Shown here piece by piece: positions 1 to 19,269 of a DNA stretch of 64,000 nucleotides. The stretch is from NCBI RefSeq assembly GCF_009914755.1, contig NC_060928.1; one strand, written 5' to 3'. The DNA is from the human T2T-CHM13v2.0 reference genome, Homo sapiens. The position numbers and the translations under genes were made by a program. The notes beneath the pieces were generated by a model. The model was given only the letters and a program-made list of their open reading frames with translations, was not told where the DNA came from and ran no database searches. The stretch's first letter is position 1. Each line of letters starts with the position of its first letter.

Positions 1-492
1 AACATTGTGCCTGTGTGTGGTCTCCCCAAGATGTGCTTCTAACCATTTCTCAATTTGCCAAAATCCTTTTAATCTCTGTCCTTAGGTAACCCTTCTTCCT
101 CTGCATAGTGGAATTCATTGTGTTCTGGGTATTTATGTAACAATTGGTGCATGTAGCTGTTCATTAGCTATAAATAGTTGCATCTATATATTTTCTCTGA
201 GAGATTGTAAGCCTTTGGAAGGTCAATACAGTGGCTTATCATTGGTTTACTTTATAAATGCTGAATTTCTACAAAATGCCAGGCTCTGCCTCAATTTACA
301 GTTACCATCTTGGCAGCACCTACCACAGTGGTTGGCAGATAGTAATTAAAATGAGTCTTTAGGTCTGACTTTGAGAGTATCAAACCTGTTGGCATCAGAT
401 AAGACCATGCATAAAATTTCAAATGTTGCAAATCCAGTTGTTTTCAAAATGTGTTTAAAAGCATTGTTTACTTGTTAATTTTTTTGCTTTAG

Positions 493-558
493 TCAAAGAA
501 AAAAGGACTGAGTGCAGAAGAAAAGAGAACTCGCATGATGGAAATATTTTCTGAAACA
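493..558 (+). CDS. MND1: MND1 coding exon 2 (66 nt, phase 0-0): SKKKGLSAEEKRTRMMEIFSET
   Basis: Acceptor tttttgctttag at 481-492 and donor gtaagt at 559. Translation matches the MND1 N-terminus as I recall it. The ATG is in an upstream exon outside the window. Confidence 0.97.
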
Positions 559-2809
559 GTAAGTCATTTTCTTTAACACTTATAATTTTGTGTAATTTTC
601 ATCTTAAGTATATGTCATCCAATGTTAACTGTCCCCTCTTTGTTAAACATCAATACTGATCAATTTCTTGAAGAATGGGTAAGATTCTGCAAATATTTGT
701 GGTTCCTGTGAGTTATGGAGTGTGAAAAACCATATCCCACTGTTGGTAGAGTCTCTTTCACCCAAGCAGTCCTGCATACTGGCACCAGAATCTTCTGATG
801 CATATATTTGATTATCTCCTCTTTCTGCCTGAAAAATAATAATGATGAAAGCCCACATCTCCTGAGTGCTGCCTAGGTGCCAACCAGTCTTGGATCTCAA
901 ACAATAGAAGCCATAGTTCCAGGATTCAAACCAGGGAGGATCATTTGATTTCAGAGGGAGTACCAAATACTATGTCTTTGCATTTTAAGTCTGTCTATAG
1001 TGTAACACACAGTCGATGGTACAGAGGCCTTCATTTATTCCAGATATTTGTGCCTGCCATCAACAGGAAATATGTTTAAAGTTTCATCTCCTAAGTGAAG
1101 AGCCAGAGTTCAAACCCAGGTACCTGGCTCTACAGCCTACTGTCTCATGGCTTTACACTGTTACTGGAAGGCTTTTCTATGTCTTCAGGTTAAAGGCCAC
1201 ATAAATCTTTGACCTAAAAGAACACCGACTTCATATGGCTTGGCAGGACCTACAAAGCCTAGTTGGCCCCAGTCTACTGGCTATTTTCATCATATACAAA
1301 TGTGAAGAAGATGGGGAAAAGTGGTAGAATTGAATATTAAATTGATAAAATCCCTTTTCACTTTAAGGCAGATTCTTAGTAAAAAAAAAAAAAAAAAACA
1401 AACAAAATACACGGGATTTGCCCACTAAGTATAATCTTATTGTTCTTAAAAGTCATTGGCAATTCAGAACAGGGTGTCATATTATGATGATGATATGGTT
1501 ACAAAGATAAATTGGTGAAGTCTCTATGTGAAAATTATAGCAATTCTTCTGCTGAGTTGAAATATTTTTCCTATGGTCTCAGCAAGAAAAGTAAGTTTAA
1601 TTCCTTCAAGACAGTAGAAAGCTGAGGAGAGTGGTTGGGGAAATTATTTTGTCATTTACAATATTATTATCTCAAATATAAAAATTGGCTGTTTCTAACT
1701 GAAAAATTTTAAACCTTGTCCTTAGTAACATCAAAACATGAAAGACTCTGAGGATCAGCAGTTTAAGGAAGTTCAGTAATTAGTGAGGTTTTCCATAAAG
1801 CTGGGAATTAATTGTACTGATTGATTTATTTCATATATTCCTGTTTCTTTTTTTCATTATAGCCTAATCAGTTGCTGCTCATTTAGTCTATCAGTTTTTT
1901 GACGGAATTGAAAAGTATAAGAGATTTGGGAAAAGTAATGGAGGCCATTTCATTTGTTCTTTCATGAATGGAATATGGTATATCCGGGATCCAGACTGAT
2001 GTCAAAAGTTGATGAATATTAGATTTGCTTCAACATCTCAAAGCAAATCGCCAATAATGGTGCAAAGTGAAAAGCATGGATTCTGGAATTCAGATTCAGG
2101 AATTTGGATTCTAATTTCGTTGTTGCAATTGGCAAGTAAAAATTCCAACAAAATCAAATATGGCTACTCAGGATTTGTTACAGAATTTGATTTTCTATAG
2201 ATGTCAATAGTAGCCCCCTTTTCAAGACAAATGTCATGGGAAAATGCTTATAATTTAATGTTAAGTAGAAAATGTAGAATATAAAAAACAAGACATGATG
2301 ACAAATATTAACAATGGTAAGATACAGGGGGATTTTGTTTTACACTCTTTTCTTTGTTACCTATAGTGAACAAATTTTAAATCAAATTAGAAAATCAACT
2401 AATGAAGCAGCATATACTATATTGCCTCTAATCATAAGTGGGCTGTCTGTGAGGTTTTGGAAACCTTTTAAAAACACAGTCATTGGTAATAATGACAACT
2501 CATAGAGAGGGTAGGAACCTTCAGGGACTGTTTGAGGCACAAAATAGGCCACCAATAAATGTGTTGAGCTTTTTAAAAAATTACTTCAGCAAACACTTAA
2601 ATGAGTAGCTTTCCATTGGCACACAGATCTCTGGAATGGCCATGCTTATGCCCAGATAATTTAATATAAATATGTAAATGGAGAAAAAGAGACATAGACA
2701 TGATCATGTATGGATGGATATATATGTGCGTGTGTGTGTGTGGGTTTTGGAGCTGCTAATGTAATAAATTATTTGCCCGTTGCACTTAGGAAGAACATGA
2801 GAACAGTAT

Positions 2810-3020
2810 AGCTCAATAACTGAAAGCTTGCATCTGGAACCTGTTTCACTCAATAGCTTCGTGACCTTTAAGCAAGTTACTTGACCTCTCTATGTCTGTT
2901 TCTTCATCTCTTAAAGAAGATGATAATAGTACCCAGTTCACAGTGTTGGTATGGGGATTAAATAAGATAATATGATTAAACAATGCCCAGGTCGTAAGTG
3001 CTTTATTAAATGTTATCTAG
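2810..3020 (+). mobile_element. MIR
   Basis: MIR core gcaagttacttgacctctctatgtctgtttcttcatct...gattaaataagataat. Confidence 0.75.
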
Positions 3021-5605
<2,585 letters not shown>

Positions 5606-5789
5606 TTGTATATATATGCAAATTGTAAATGTATGCAAAAATCTCTTAAGTTCTATTGAAGGTATGGAATGAGATAATCAAAGAGTTTCTAATAAGCTCT
5701 AAAATGCTTGATTCTATTATACTGTTCATTTCCAGGCCAATTTTTTAAATACAATTTTTCATGAACATAAAATTATGATGTATATATAA

Positions 5790-6030
5790 ATATGTAGTAG
5801 AACACGATAGGGTGACTATAGTTAATAATATATTGTATATTTAAAAATACTAAGAGTGAAATTGGAATGTTCCTAACACAAAGAAATGATAAGTGTTTGA
5901 AGAGATGGATACCCTAATTACCACAATTTCATCATAACACATTGTATACCTATATCAAAATATCACACATACCCTGTAAATGTATACAACTATTATGTAC
6001 CCATAATAAAAATTTTTAAAAATGAAAATA
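5790..6030 (+). mobile_element. L1MA-type 3' end
   Basis: gggtgactatagttaataatatattgtat...aacacaaagaaatgataagtgtttga...aaaatatcacacatacc...aataaa. Confidence 0.8.
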
Positions 6031-6085
6031 TACATAGTAGAAAATAAACACGTGCTTTTCATTTTCTTTAAAACCCTTTAAACAG

Positions 6086-6143
6086 AAAGATGTATTTCAA
6101 TTAAAAGACTTGGAGAAGATTGCTCCCAAAGAGAAAGGCATTA
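6086..6143 (+). CDS. MND1: MND1 coding exon 3 (58 nt, phase 0-1): KDVFQLKDLEKIAPKEKGI
   Basis: Acceptor ccctttaaacag and donor gtaagt at 6144. In frame with exon 2; part of the winged-helix domain. Confidence 0.97.
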
Positions 6144-6157
6144 GTAAGTACCAAAGT

Positions 6158-6204
6158 TATACTGGAATGTTTTGGGAAATATACTGGGATGTTTTGGGAA
6201 ATAT
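6158..6204 (+). repeat. 22-nt tandem duplication
   Basis: tatactggaatgttttgggaaa followed by tatactgggatgttttgggaaa; one mismatch. Confidence 0.92.
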
Positions 6205-6705
6205 CTTAATATTCATTAAGTCATCTTTTCTGCAACAGTCTTTCACTTTATGGAAAACCTAAATTTCTAGAGACAAAGAAATCATCACCATCCAAAGATA
6301 ACCACTGTCATGTTGTCCTTTATTTTTCTGTATAATACATCCTGTATATTACATTTTGAATATATATCCCTGTCATTAAATATCCTTTTATAACATAAAT
6401 GATTGTATAGTATCCCATTGCAATAAAAAAATACTTTTAAAAATCTAGTTGATAAGCTGGCTGGTAGCGCACACACACTTGTAGTCCCAGCCACTCTGGA
6501 GGCTGAAGCGGGAGGATCACTTCAGCCCAGCTAGGCAACATAGCAAAATCCTGTCTTTAAAATAAAAATCCAGTTATTAGACTGGTTTCCAATTCTTTTG
6601 CTGTCGAAAACAATGTGTTGACAGGCATCCTTCTACATATCTATTATTTTTTGTTTGGCTGTATTTATAAGGTGGAATTTCCCCAGGAAAGATATGTATA
6701 AATTG

Positions 6706-7077
<372 letters not shown>

Positions 7078-7215
7078 TCAAGTATCCTTGAATTCTTTAT
7101 TGTATTTTTTAGTGTTTTTAATTTGGTAGTCAAGTCATGTCTAATTGCTTTATTTTCGATTTCTTCAGTTATTAATGGGGTTGAACATTTTTCTCATATA
7201 TTGGCCATGCATATT

Positions 7216-7548
7216 TTATTTTATTTATTTATTTATTTGTTTATTTATTTATTTGAGACAGAGTCTACTCTGTCACCCAGGCTGGAGCCCAGTGGTCCAG
7301 GCTGGAGCCCAGTGGTGCAGTCCTGGCACACTGCAACCTCTGTCTCCCGGGTTCAAGCGATTCTCCTGCCTCAGCCTCATGAGTAGCTGGGATTACAAGC
7401 TCCTGCCACCATGCCCACCTAATTTTTGTATTTTTAGTAGAGATGGGGATTTGCCATGTTGGCCAGGCTGTTGTCAAACCGCTGACCTCAAGTGATCTAC
7501 CTGCCTTGGCCTCCCAAAGTGCTGGGATTACAGGCATGAGCCACCATG
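7216..7548 (-). mobile_element. AluS with (TTTA)n tail and an internal 20-nt tandem duplication
   Basis: Alu consensus; ccaggctggagcccagtggt occurs twice at 7277-7316. Confidence 0.9.
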
Positions 7549-7776
7549 CATATTTTATAGATGCACATTGATGTATTTTTTGTGTGTCTTTTGTTGTGTT
7601 GTTTCAAAATGAAAAAACCTCTTTTATTATGAGTATACATACAAGTGAAACCAGACAACCACTGAGAGTCCCTCACACTTTTATGTACACCACACAATTA
7701 TTCTCTTTACAGTCATCAGTGAACAATTGGTTCTGCTACTTCTTAAAGATATGCAAATTTCTTAAGTTTAAATACA

Positions 7777-8089
7777 CAGTTGACCCTGGAACAACACCTA
7801 TGTTGTTCAAGATTGGGATACCAATCCCCCACACAATTGGAAATCTGCATGTAATTTTTGACTCCCCCAAAACTTAACTACTGATAGCCTGCTGTTGACA
7901 GGAAGCCATACCATGTATTTACTATTCATTAAGTGGCAGTGGATCATCATAAAGTTCTTCATCCTTGTCATCTTACATTGAGTAGGCTGAGGAGGAGGAG
8001 GAAGTGGTGTTGCTGTCTCAGGTGGCAGAAAATCCATGTATATAACTGGACCCATGCAGTTCAAACCTGTACTGTTCAAGGGTCAACTA
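7777..8089. mobile_element. Tigger2-family non-autonomous element (Tigger2a/MER28-like)
   Basis: TIRs cagttgaccctggaacaacac and tgtactgttcaagggtcaact. Confidence 0.85.
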
Positions 8090-8698
8090 TACAATATTAA
8101 TTACACCAGTGTCCTAATGTCCCCAGACAAATTGTAGGTAATGGAATCTCAACTGTATCTTGAAGGATCAAAAACAAAAAACAAAATTCAATCCAGTCTA
8201 CAAGATGGAAAAATTTATTGTATTAACTAAATTCCTTTTCTTCTTACCTATTTTCCCTCCCAGTTATTGACAATTTTTTTCTGCAGTATAAGATGATGGC
8301 CAAATTACCCAACATCTTTTTTAAAAAAGAAACATTATTTAGAAAAGGAAAAGATACCATATAGCAACAGACTATGAGTGTTAACACCATTAAAATTATT
8401 TACTAAGCACTGATGCTAGCATCTTCTATTACTAGATAATCTATTGGGAGAGAAAAACTTGCATTTCTGTAGTTTTGTTTTGCTTTTTCAAAGGCTTCTC
8501 ACAAGTAACATTTTATTGACATTACTGCTATGCACCAAAGTAAGTATGGAAATGATCATATCTAATAGATTTTTTAAATTAGGCATAAAGAACAATTTGC
8601 CCTAGAGTCATCCAGTGTTACTGCTAAGAGTTAGGATTAGAACTCAGGTCCTGTTCTTAATCCTGTATATTACTTGTTTTCCCCTAGGCTCCTGTATA

Positions 8699-8769
8699 AG
8701 TCATGCTTTGCTTAAGGATGGGGATACATTCTAAGAAATGTTTCCTTAGGCAGTTTCATTGTTGTGCAT
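8699..8769 (+). mobile_element. Tigger3 terminal fragment
   Basis: agtcatgctttgcttaaggatggggatacattctaagaaatg...ttaggcagtttcattgttgtgca resembles the Tigger3 end. Confidence 0.7.
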
Positions 8770-8906
8770 GTTGTTATTTTTAAGAGCTTATTAACTTTTT
8801 AACTCTTGATTTGTGATATGTTTTGCAAGTGTTTCCCCAGTTATTTGTCCTTTAATTTTATTTATGGTGTTTTTCTAACATAGAGTCTTTAAAAATTGTC
8901 TCTTAG

Positions 8907-9055
8907 CTGCTATGTCAGTAAAAGAAGTCCTTCAAAGCTTAGTTGATGATGGTATGGTTGACTGTGAGAGGATCGGAACTTCTAATTATTATTGGGCTTT
9001 TCCAAGTAAAGCTCTTCATGCAAGGAAACATAAGTTGGAGGTTCTGGAATCTCAG
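8907..9055 (+). CDS. MND1: MND1 coding exon 4 (149 nt, phase 1-0): (T)[49 protein letters not shown]
   Basis: Acceptor ttgtctcttag and donor CAG|gtaagc at 9056. Contains the conserved Mnd1 motif [12 protein letters not shown]. Confidence 0.98.
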
Positions 9056-9309
9056 GTAAGCTGCCACAGTTAAAAAGAATAGAGTTGCTTTATAACGGAG
9101 AGTTGTTTTACTTCATCCTCTTTTTGTTTAGCAGTTTCTTTTGAATTTTTGATATGCATTATTTGACTGAAAGTCTAAAGATAATTAACATCTGTTTCTC
9201 CTAAACAATATGAGGAACTTAGAACGTTTTAATTTTCATCTTCCCATATGTCAAGATATTGTTTTTGTTGTTGCTGTTTTTATTGTTTTTTAATTTTCTC
9301 TTTATCAAT

Positions 9310-10980
<1,671 letters not shown>

Positions 10981-11012
10981 TAACTGTATTTTAGTATAAT
11001 TTACTTCTTTTC

Positions 11013-11016
11013 TGTA

Positions 11017-11050
<34 letters not shown>

Positions 11051-11283
11051 CACATAAAAATACACACATATATACACAAAAATATATAAATATTTTTATA
11101 TAAATAAATAAATAAATAAATAAATACTATAAATATTTTTGTGTGTGTGTGAGACAGGGTCTTGCTTTGTGTGTATATGTATATACACATATATACACAC
11201 ATATACATATACACATATATACACATATATTCATATATACACATATATACATATATACACATATATATACACATGTATATATA
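11013..11283. repeat. Compound (TG)n/(TA)n/(TAAA)n/(CATATA)n microsatellite at the tail of an antisense Alu (Alu body to about 11568)
   Basis: Directly visible. Confidence 0.9.
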
Positions 11284-11993
11284 ACTACTAAAGTACCCAG
11301 GGTCTTGCTTTGTCACCCAGTCTGGAGTGTAGTGTCGCAAACATGGCTCACTGCAGCCTCGACCTCCCAGGCCCAAGCCATCCTCCCGCCTCAGCCTCCT
11401 GAGTAGCTGGGATTATAGGCACACCACCAAACTCTGCTAATTTTTGCACTTTTTTGTAGAGACAGGGTATTGCCATGTTGCCCAGGCTGGTCTTGAACTC
11501 CTGAACTCAAGTGATCCACCTACCTCAGCTTCCCAAAGTGCTGGTGGGTGAGCCACTGCGACCGGCCTGTAACCCTGTGCACTTTATGGATTTAAAAACA
11601 CTTCAAGAAGGAATCCGTACTGAAGGACATCCTTTAGTAATTTGTTCAGCCAGAGTTTAAGAGTGGTAAACTCTCAATCTTTGTTTGAAAATGTCTAATT
11701 TATCATTGCTTCCCGAATATAGAATTCTTAGTTATTTTTCCTCAGCATTTTGAAAATATTACTTCATTGTCTTGTGGCATATGTTGCTAATGAGATGTTT
11801 TGCTATCATTCTGATTGTCTTGTTTTCCTTAGTAATCTCTCTTCTGTTTGCTTTTAAGATTTCCTTCAGTCTTTGATGTTATGTTTTGATGTTTTATCAT
11901 GAATCCGAGTTTGCATGTTTTTATTTCCTCTTCTTTAGGACCCTGGCTGCTGCTTCCATGAAATAATTAAAGTCTCCTATTATAGAAAATTCT

Positions 11994-12305
<312 letters not shown>

Positions 12306-12659
12306 TTACTTAAGCTGTTTCCTGTTCCCTAATAGCTCTGTTCTTTCCTTCTGGGATTCCTATTTGTATCCTCATTCTATCGTCTATGTTGTTTAAGAAC
12401 TCTTTATTTTTTCCATGTCTTTCCATGTCTGTGATTCATTGCAGTTAATTTTCTCAGCTCTCTTTCACTTACAGTTCTTTCCATAACTATTTCTAATCTG
12501 CTACTTAGCTGTTCATTAAGTCTTTATTTTAATAATTAGATTTTATCTCTAGAAATTCTATTTGGTCCTTTTTCAGTTCTGCCTATCCTGTTTTTCCTAT
12601 ACTGTTCTATTTCATTATGGCTTCTATTGCTTTCATCTCTTTTATAACTTTAAACATAC

Positions 12660-13052
12660 TGATATGGCTTGGATCTGTGTCCACTCCCAAACCTCATGTC
12701 AAATTGTAATCCCCAGTGTTGGAGGTGGGGCCTGATGGCAAGTGATTGGATCTTGGGGGCGGTTTCTCATGAATGGTTTGGCACCATTCCCTCAGTGCTG
12801 TTCTTGTGATAGTGAGTGAGTTCTCATGAGATCTGGCTGTTTAAGTGTGTAGCACCTCCCCCGCTTTCAGTCCTGCTTCTGCCATGTAAAATGCCTGCTC
12901 GCCCTGAGTAAAGGATCCCTGAGGCCTCCCCAGAAGCAGAAGCCACCATGCTTCCAAGTAGAGCCTGCAGAAGCATGAACCAATTAAACCTCTTTTCTTT
13001 ATAAATTACCCAGTCTCAGGTATTTATAGCCATGTGAGAACAGCCTAATACA
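12660..13052 (+). mobile_element. MST (MaLR) solo LTR, MSTA-like
   Basis: Runs tgatatggcttggatctgtgtc...cagcctaataca with a perfect 5-bp TSD CATAC on both sides. Confidence 0.9.
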
Positions 13053-13647
13053 CATACTTAACTTATATTTTCAGATTACTTAAATATGTCAAATTTGGGG
13101 AGGGCTATTAATTTGATCTGTGTATCTGCTGGCTACTACCATTTGTAGTATTTTTTTAACCTGTATGTTTTTTAGTTTTTATTTATGAGCTCACATTCAA
13201 TTGGTGATGTTTAGTCTGTGGGAGCCACAGATGCTCTGTGAAATAGTGGTTTAGGCTTGTTTTTTTTAGTCTCTGGGTACTTTAGTAGTTATGGACCAAT
13301 TTTTATATTAATTTCTTGGCTTACAGTTCCACCGCCTCATGTTTTATACAGGATGAGTACTGCATAAAATTTAGTATGCATGTCTATACATGGCATGGAT
13401 TGAGAGATTTGTTTTCCTATAGGTGACTTTCCCCCACCCCCACATGAAGTGCAAGATGGAGGTAAGCTCCTTGTTATTTTCCATGGAGTTTGCTGGTACT
13501 TTGAGCTATATGCTGGAGCTCAGTTCTAGCTCTCCTTGTCTCATGACCCTTCACACCTGTTTTCCTGGTGTGCATGTTAGACTCCTAGCCCCTAGTTACT
13601 TTTCTGTTGTTGCTCTTTGTTTTTTCATTTCTGTCACCTGGGGATAG

Positions 13648-13996
<349 letters not shown>

Positions 13997-14339
13997 TGAG
14001 TAACAGAAGATGTGCTGGATTTTGGAAATACATGCCCTCAGAGAGCTTTCAGTCAGTTGTAGGAGGACAGTGGGAGAAAAGGAAGAGGCTAGAGAAGGAT
14101 TGGTGAAGAGATAGGTAGAGGCCATGTCTTATAGGTTCCTCTGTGGCATGATCAGGAGTTCGGACCTACCTAAGAGGGATGGAAAGCCAATGGAAATTTT
14201 TACCAGAGAAGTTACATGATGATAAATGCCTTTCTGAAGACAGTATGAAGAGCAGGTTGAGGGAAATGGAGCCTAGGATCAGAGAAATCAGCTATGCGGC
14301 TATTGTAATTGCATGGTTAACAAATGAGGACCCATATTG

Positions 14340-15455
14340 AGGTATCTGCACACTCACTAGGATGGCTACTATCAAAAACACAGAGAAGGCCAGGTGTGGT
14401 GGCTTATGCCTGTTATCCCAATACTTTGGGAGGTCGAAGTGGGAGGATCACTTGAGCCCAGGAGTTCACGGCCAGCCTGGGCAACACAGCAAGATTTATT
14501 ACAAAATAATAATAATAAATTTTTTTCAAAAGAGAATAATAAGTGTTAGCAAGGATTTGGAGAAATTGGAGCTCTTGTGCACTGTTGATGGGAATGTGAA
14601 ATGGTGCAGCTGCTGTGGAAAACAGTATGGTGGCTCCTCAAAGAGTTATAAATAGAATTACCCTATGATTCAACAATTCTGTGGTGTGCATCTGTGGTCT
14701 CAGCTACTTGGGGGGCCTGAGGTGGGAGGATCACTTGAGCCTAGGAATTCAAGACCAGCCTGGCAACATGGCAAGACTCCATCTCTACAAAAAAATGGTA
14801 AAAGTAGCTGGGGATAGTGGCAGGCTCCTGTGGTCCCGGCTATTCGAGAGGCTGAGGTGGGAGGATCGCGTGAGCCTAAGAGTTTGAGGTTGCAGTGAGC
14901 TGTATTCGTGCCACTGCACTGCAGGTTAGGCCACAGAGTCAGACCCTGTTTAAGAAAAAAAAAAAAAATCCATTTTTGGTACATATCCAAGACTTGAAAG
15001 CAGGGTCTTGAAGAGCTATTTGTACACCCACATTCATAGCAGCATTACAGTAGCTGAAAGGTAGAAGCAACCCAAATGACTTTCAATGAATGAATAAACA
15101 AAATGTGAAAGTGGAATATTATTCAGCCTTAAAAAGGAATGGAATTCCTTTTATTTATTTATTTAGAGATAGAGTCTCACCCTGTTGCCCAGGCTGAAGT
15201 GCAGTGGCACAGTCATAGCTCACTGCAGCCTCAAACTCCTGGGCATAAGCAATTCTCCAGCCTTAGCCTCCTGAGTAGCTAGGATTGCAGGCTCATCCCA
15301 CCACAAGGAATGAAATTCTGACGAATGCTACAAAATGGATGAACCTTGAGGGCAATATGCTAAGTGAAAAGCCAGTCATAAAAAGACAAATACTCTATGA
15401 TTCCACATATATGAGGTATCTAGAGTAGTCAAACTTACAGAAATAAAAAATAGAA
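14340..15455 (+). mobile_element. L1M 3' region with three Alu-family inserts (about 14388-14520 +, 14681-14968 +, 15148-15305 -)
   Basis: [30 protein letters not shown]2-like remnant; gaattaccctatgattcaacaattc; tggatgaaccttgag. Confidence 0.8.
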
Positions 15456-15829
15456 TGAGGCCTGACATTGCTGACCTTGGAAGATAGTTCCACTGGCACT
15501 CCTGTCCCTGACTGAAGAACCAGATGTTGTTGCCACCAAAAAAAAAAAAAAAACTATCCAAGCTACCAGTGACAATTCTGGAAGGTATGTGTCATTGGCT
15601 AAGCCTGGGTCACGTGTCCACACTCTAGTTGCCAGGAGAGCTGGCGAAGTAAATAATTGGGGTTTCTAGATTTTGTAGTAGGAGTTAGCTGCTTCCTGTT
15701 GGCACAAACAGTTCCCCAAAACAGAAGCAGGGTTCAGATGCTGAGCAGCACCCTTGCTCCCATGATAGATAACTCATAAAATAAGAGAAAAAACTCTAGA
15801 AAGGAACACAGGACATGGAGTCAAAATAA

Positions 15830-16990
<1,161 letters not shown>

Positions 16991-17179
16991 AATTTAACCA
17001 ACGGCTTCACTAATCTCACTGCAGATGGGGGAGTCCTCACTGAACCCTGACTCTCAAGTTGTTCCACATTTTCTTTGAAGTTATATATTTAGAGTGTTAT
17101 TGGTTACAAGTACTAGGACATTACTCACACTAGTGGGTTTGTTTTAAGGAACTAGAAATAGGAATGGGAAAACATGTAA

Positions 17180-17410
17180 GAATAATAACTGGTATTTATT
17201 GAGCACTTGTGCCTGGCAGTGAACCATGGTCCTAAATATATTATCTCATTTAATCCCCACAGTATTATGAGGTTAGTATTATATTTGTTTTATAGATGAA
17301 GAAACTGAGACACAGAGAGATTAAGAGCTTGTCCAAGGTCTCACAGTAAGTGTGGAATTGGGATTCCGTCTCAGGTATTTTGACTCCAGGGTCCTCATTC
17401 TTAATCACCG
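17180..17410 (-). mobile_element. MIR
   Basis: ttttatagatgaagaaactgagacacagagagattaagagcttgtccaaggtctcacag. Similar MIR pieces lie at about 24395-24620, 25680-25910, 44960-45170, 46040-46210, 59820-60020 and 60440-60630. Confidence 0.8.
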
Positions 17411-17554
17411 CTTCTCAAAACAGGTAGCCTGTCTTTCCATTCTCCCCTTCTTACTCTCCCCGCCTCTCCCCTTGGCTGCCAGAGTTGGGTGGAATGGAAG
17501 TCTCAAAAGAGCGGTGGCTGGGCAGATATTCTAAAAGTGCTCACCTTATCTCTC

Positions 17555-18450
17555 TTTTTTTTCAACAGCCTTGCTGAGATATAGTTTATATACCATATAA
17601 TTCACCCATTTAAAGTGTATGATGTAATAGTTTTTAATATGTTCATTGATAGATGTACAGTCATCACTACAGTCAATTTTAGAACATTTTCATTACCTCA
17701 AACAGAAACGCTCTACTCTTTAGCTATTATTCTGAATCTTCTCAGCCCACTCCTCCCACACAGATCTAGGCAACCACTAATCTACTTTCTGTCACTGTAG
17801 ATTTCCCTGTTCTGGACATTCTATATGAATGGAATCATATAATATGTAGTCTTTCATGACTGACTTCTTTCCCTTGTCATAGTATTTTCAAAGTTCATCT
17901 ATGTTGTAGTATGTTTCAGTACTTCATTACTTTTTATGGCCAAATAATACTCTGTTGTACACATATACCACATCTAATTTATCCATTCACAAATACACCA
18001 CATCTCATGTATCCATTCATCTGTTGATGGGCATGTGAGTTTTTTCCACTTTTTGACTATTCTGAATAATGCTGCTCTAAACTTTGATGTACAAGTTTTT
18101 GTGTGGACATATGTTTTCATTTCTCTTGGGTGTATACCTAGGAGTAGAACTTCTAGGTCATATGGTAACTCTGTGTTTAATTATGTGAAGAACTGCCAGA
18201 CTGTTTGCCAGAGCAACTGCGCCATTTTATAGTTCTGATAACAGTGTGTTAGGGCACTCATTTCTCCACATCCTCCCAAAACCTATTTGAATTTTTGATT
18301 CTAGCCATCCTTGTGGGTATGAAGTGGTATCTCATTGTGGTTTTGGCTTCCATTTCTCTGATGACTGGTGATGTTGAGCATCTTTTCATGTGCTTCTTGG
18401 CCATTTGTATATCTTCCTTGAATAAATTTTTATTATATTCTTTGCCCATA
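17555..18450 (-). mobile_element. L1MB-type 3' fragment
   Basis: Minus-strand KEDIQMAKKHMKRCSTSPVIREM...TTMRYHFIPTRMARI (L1 ORF2 C-terminus). Confidence 0.85.
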
Positions 18451-19269
18451 TCTCTTCTCTTAAACGTGATGCTGTATTTTTCTTTCCTGCTAGGAAACAA
18501 CGTGCATATTCATCACTCAGCAAATTTTTAAAATCTTAGTTATGAATTTAGAAACTTTATACAAGGTAATTTACTTATGGGCCTTACTGAACTTCCCTGT
18601 CTTCATGTTTTTTTGTTCTTGCTTTTATCCTTTTTGAGAATTCCCTTTTCTCTCCTCTCTATTTAGCCAAATTCTAAACATCTCTCCTCTCAGAAACCTC
18701 CTCAAGCTCTCATTGCTTAAAATATTCTTACCCTTCTCTAACCTCCTGTAATATTTTTTATCACAAGTAAAATATATTGCTTTGGCATGTACTGCTGGTT
18801 GCCTAGCTAGTCAACATTGTCCTCCTCTTCTTCACTAACAAAACACTTTGTTAAAGGATAGTGTGTCTTACTAAAAAATACTCATCTTTCCAGACTCCCT
18901 GGCAACTAATGGTGGCAATGGGAAGCAGGTCTGATAAATGAGATGTAAGTAGAAGACTAGCTTTGACTTTCCTGGGAAAGTTTTCACTTTCCTGAAAAAG
19001 GCAAAGCTTCTTTCTCCTCTTTTCTGTGATATGCATTACTGAGATAAAAAGCATAAGGATGAAAGTTCTGTTCATTCATGTCCATATCACATTCTCAAAG
19101 AATGACAGAGCCTGGAAAAAAGATCTTGGGTCTCTGGTGGCATCATGAGATACTGTACTAGCCTTATTTAATCCAGTTTTAGTTAAATATTGTTATTTGT
19201 GGCCGAATGTGTATTCTAAATGAATACTACTGTTTTGTAGCCTTTAAAAAAAAAGTGTGATTTAGATTT

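Noticed and set aside
15456-15553. Possible short retrocopy ending in a poly(A) run
   Set aside because: There is no TSD, poly(A) signal or recognisable parent, and the adjacent sequence looks like an old MLT1.
17963-18022. Imperfect 30-nt tandem repeat
   Set aside because: It is an old slippage event inside an L1MB with no sign of function.
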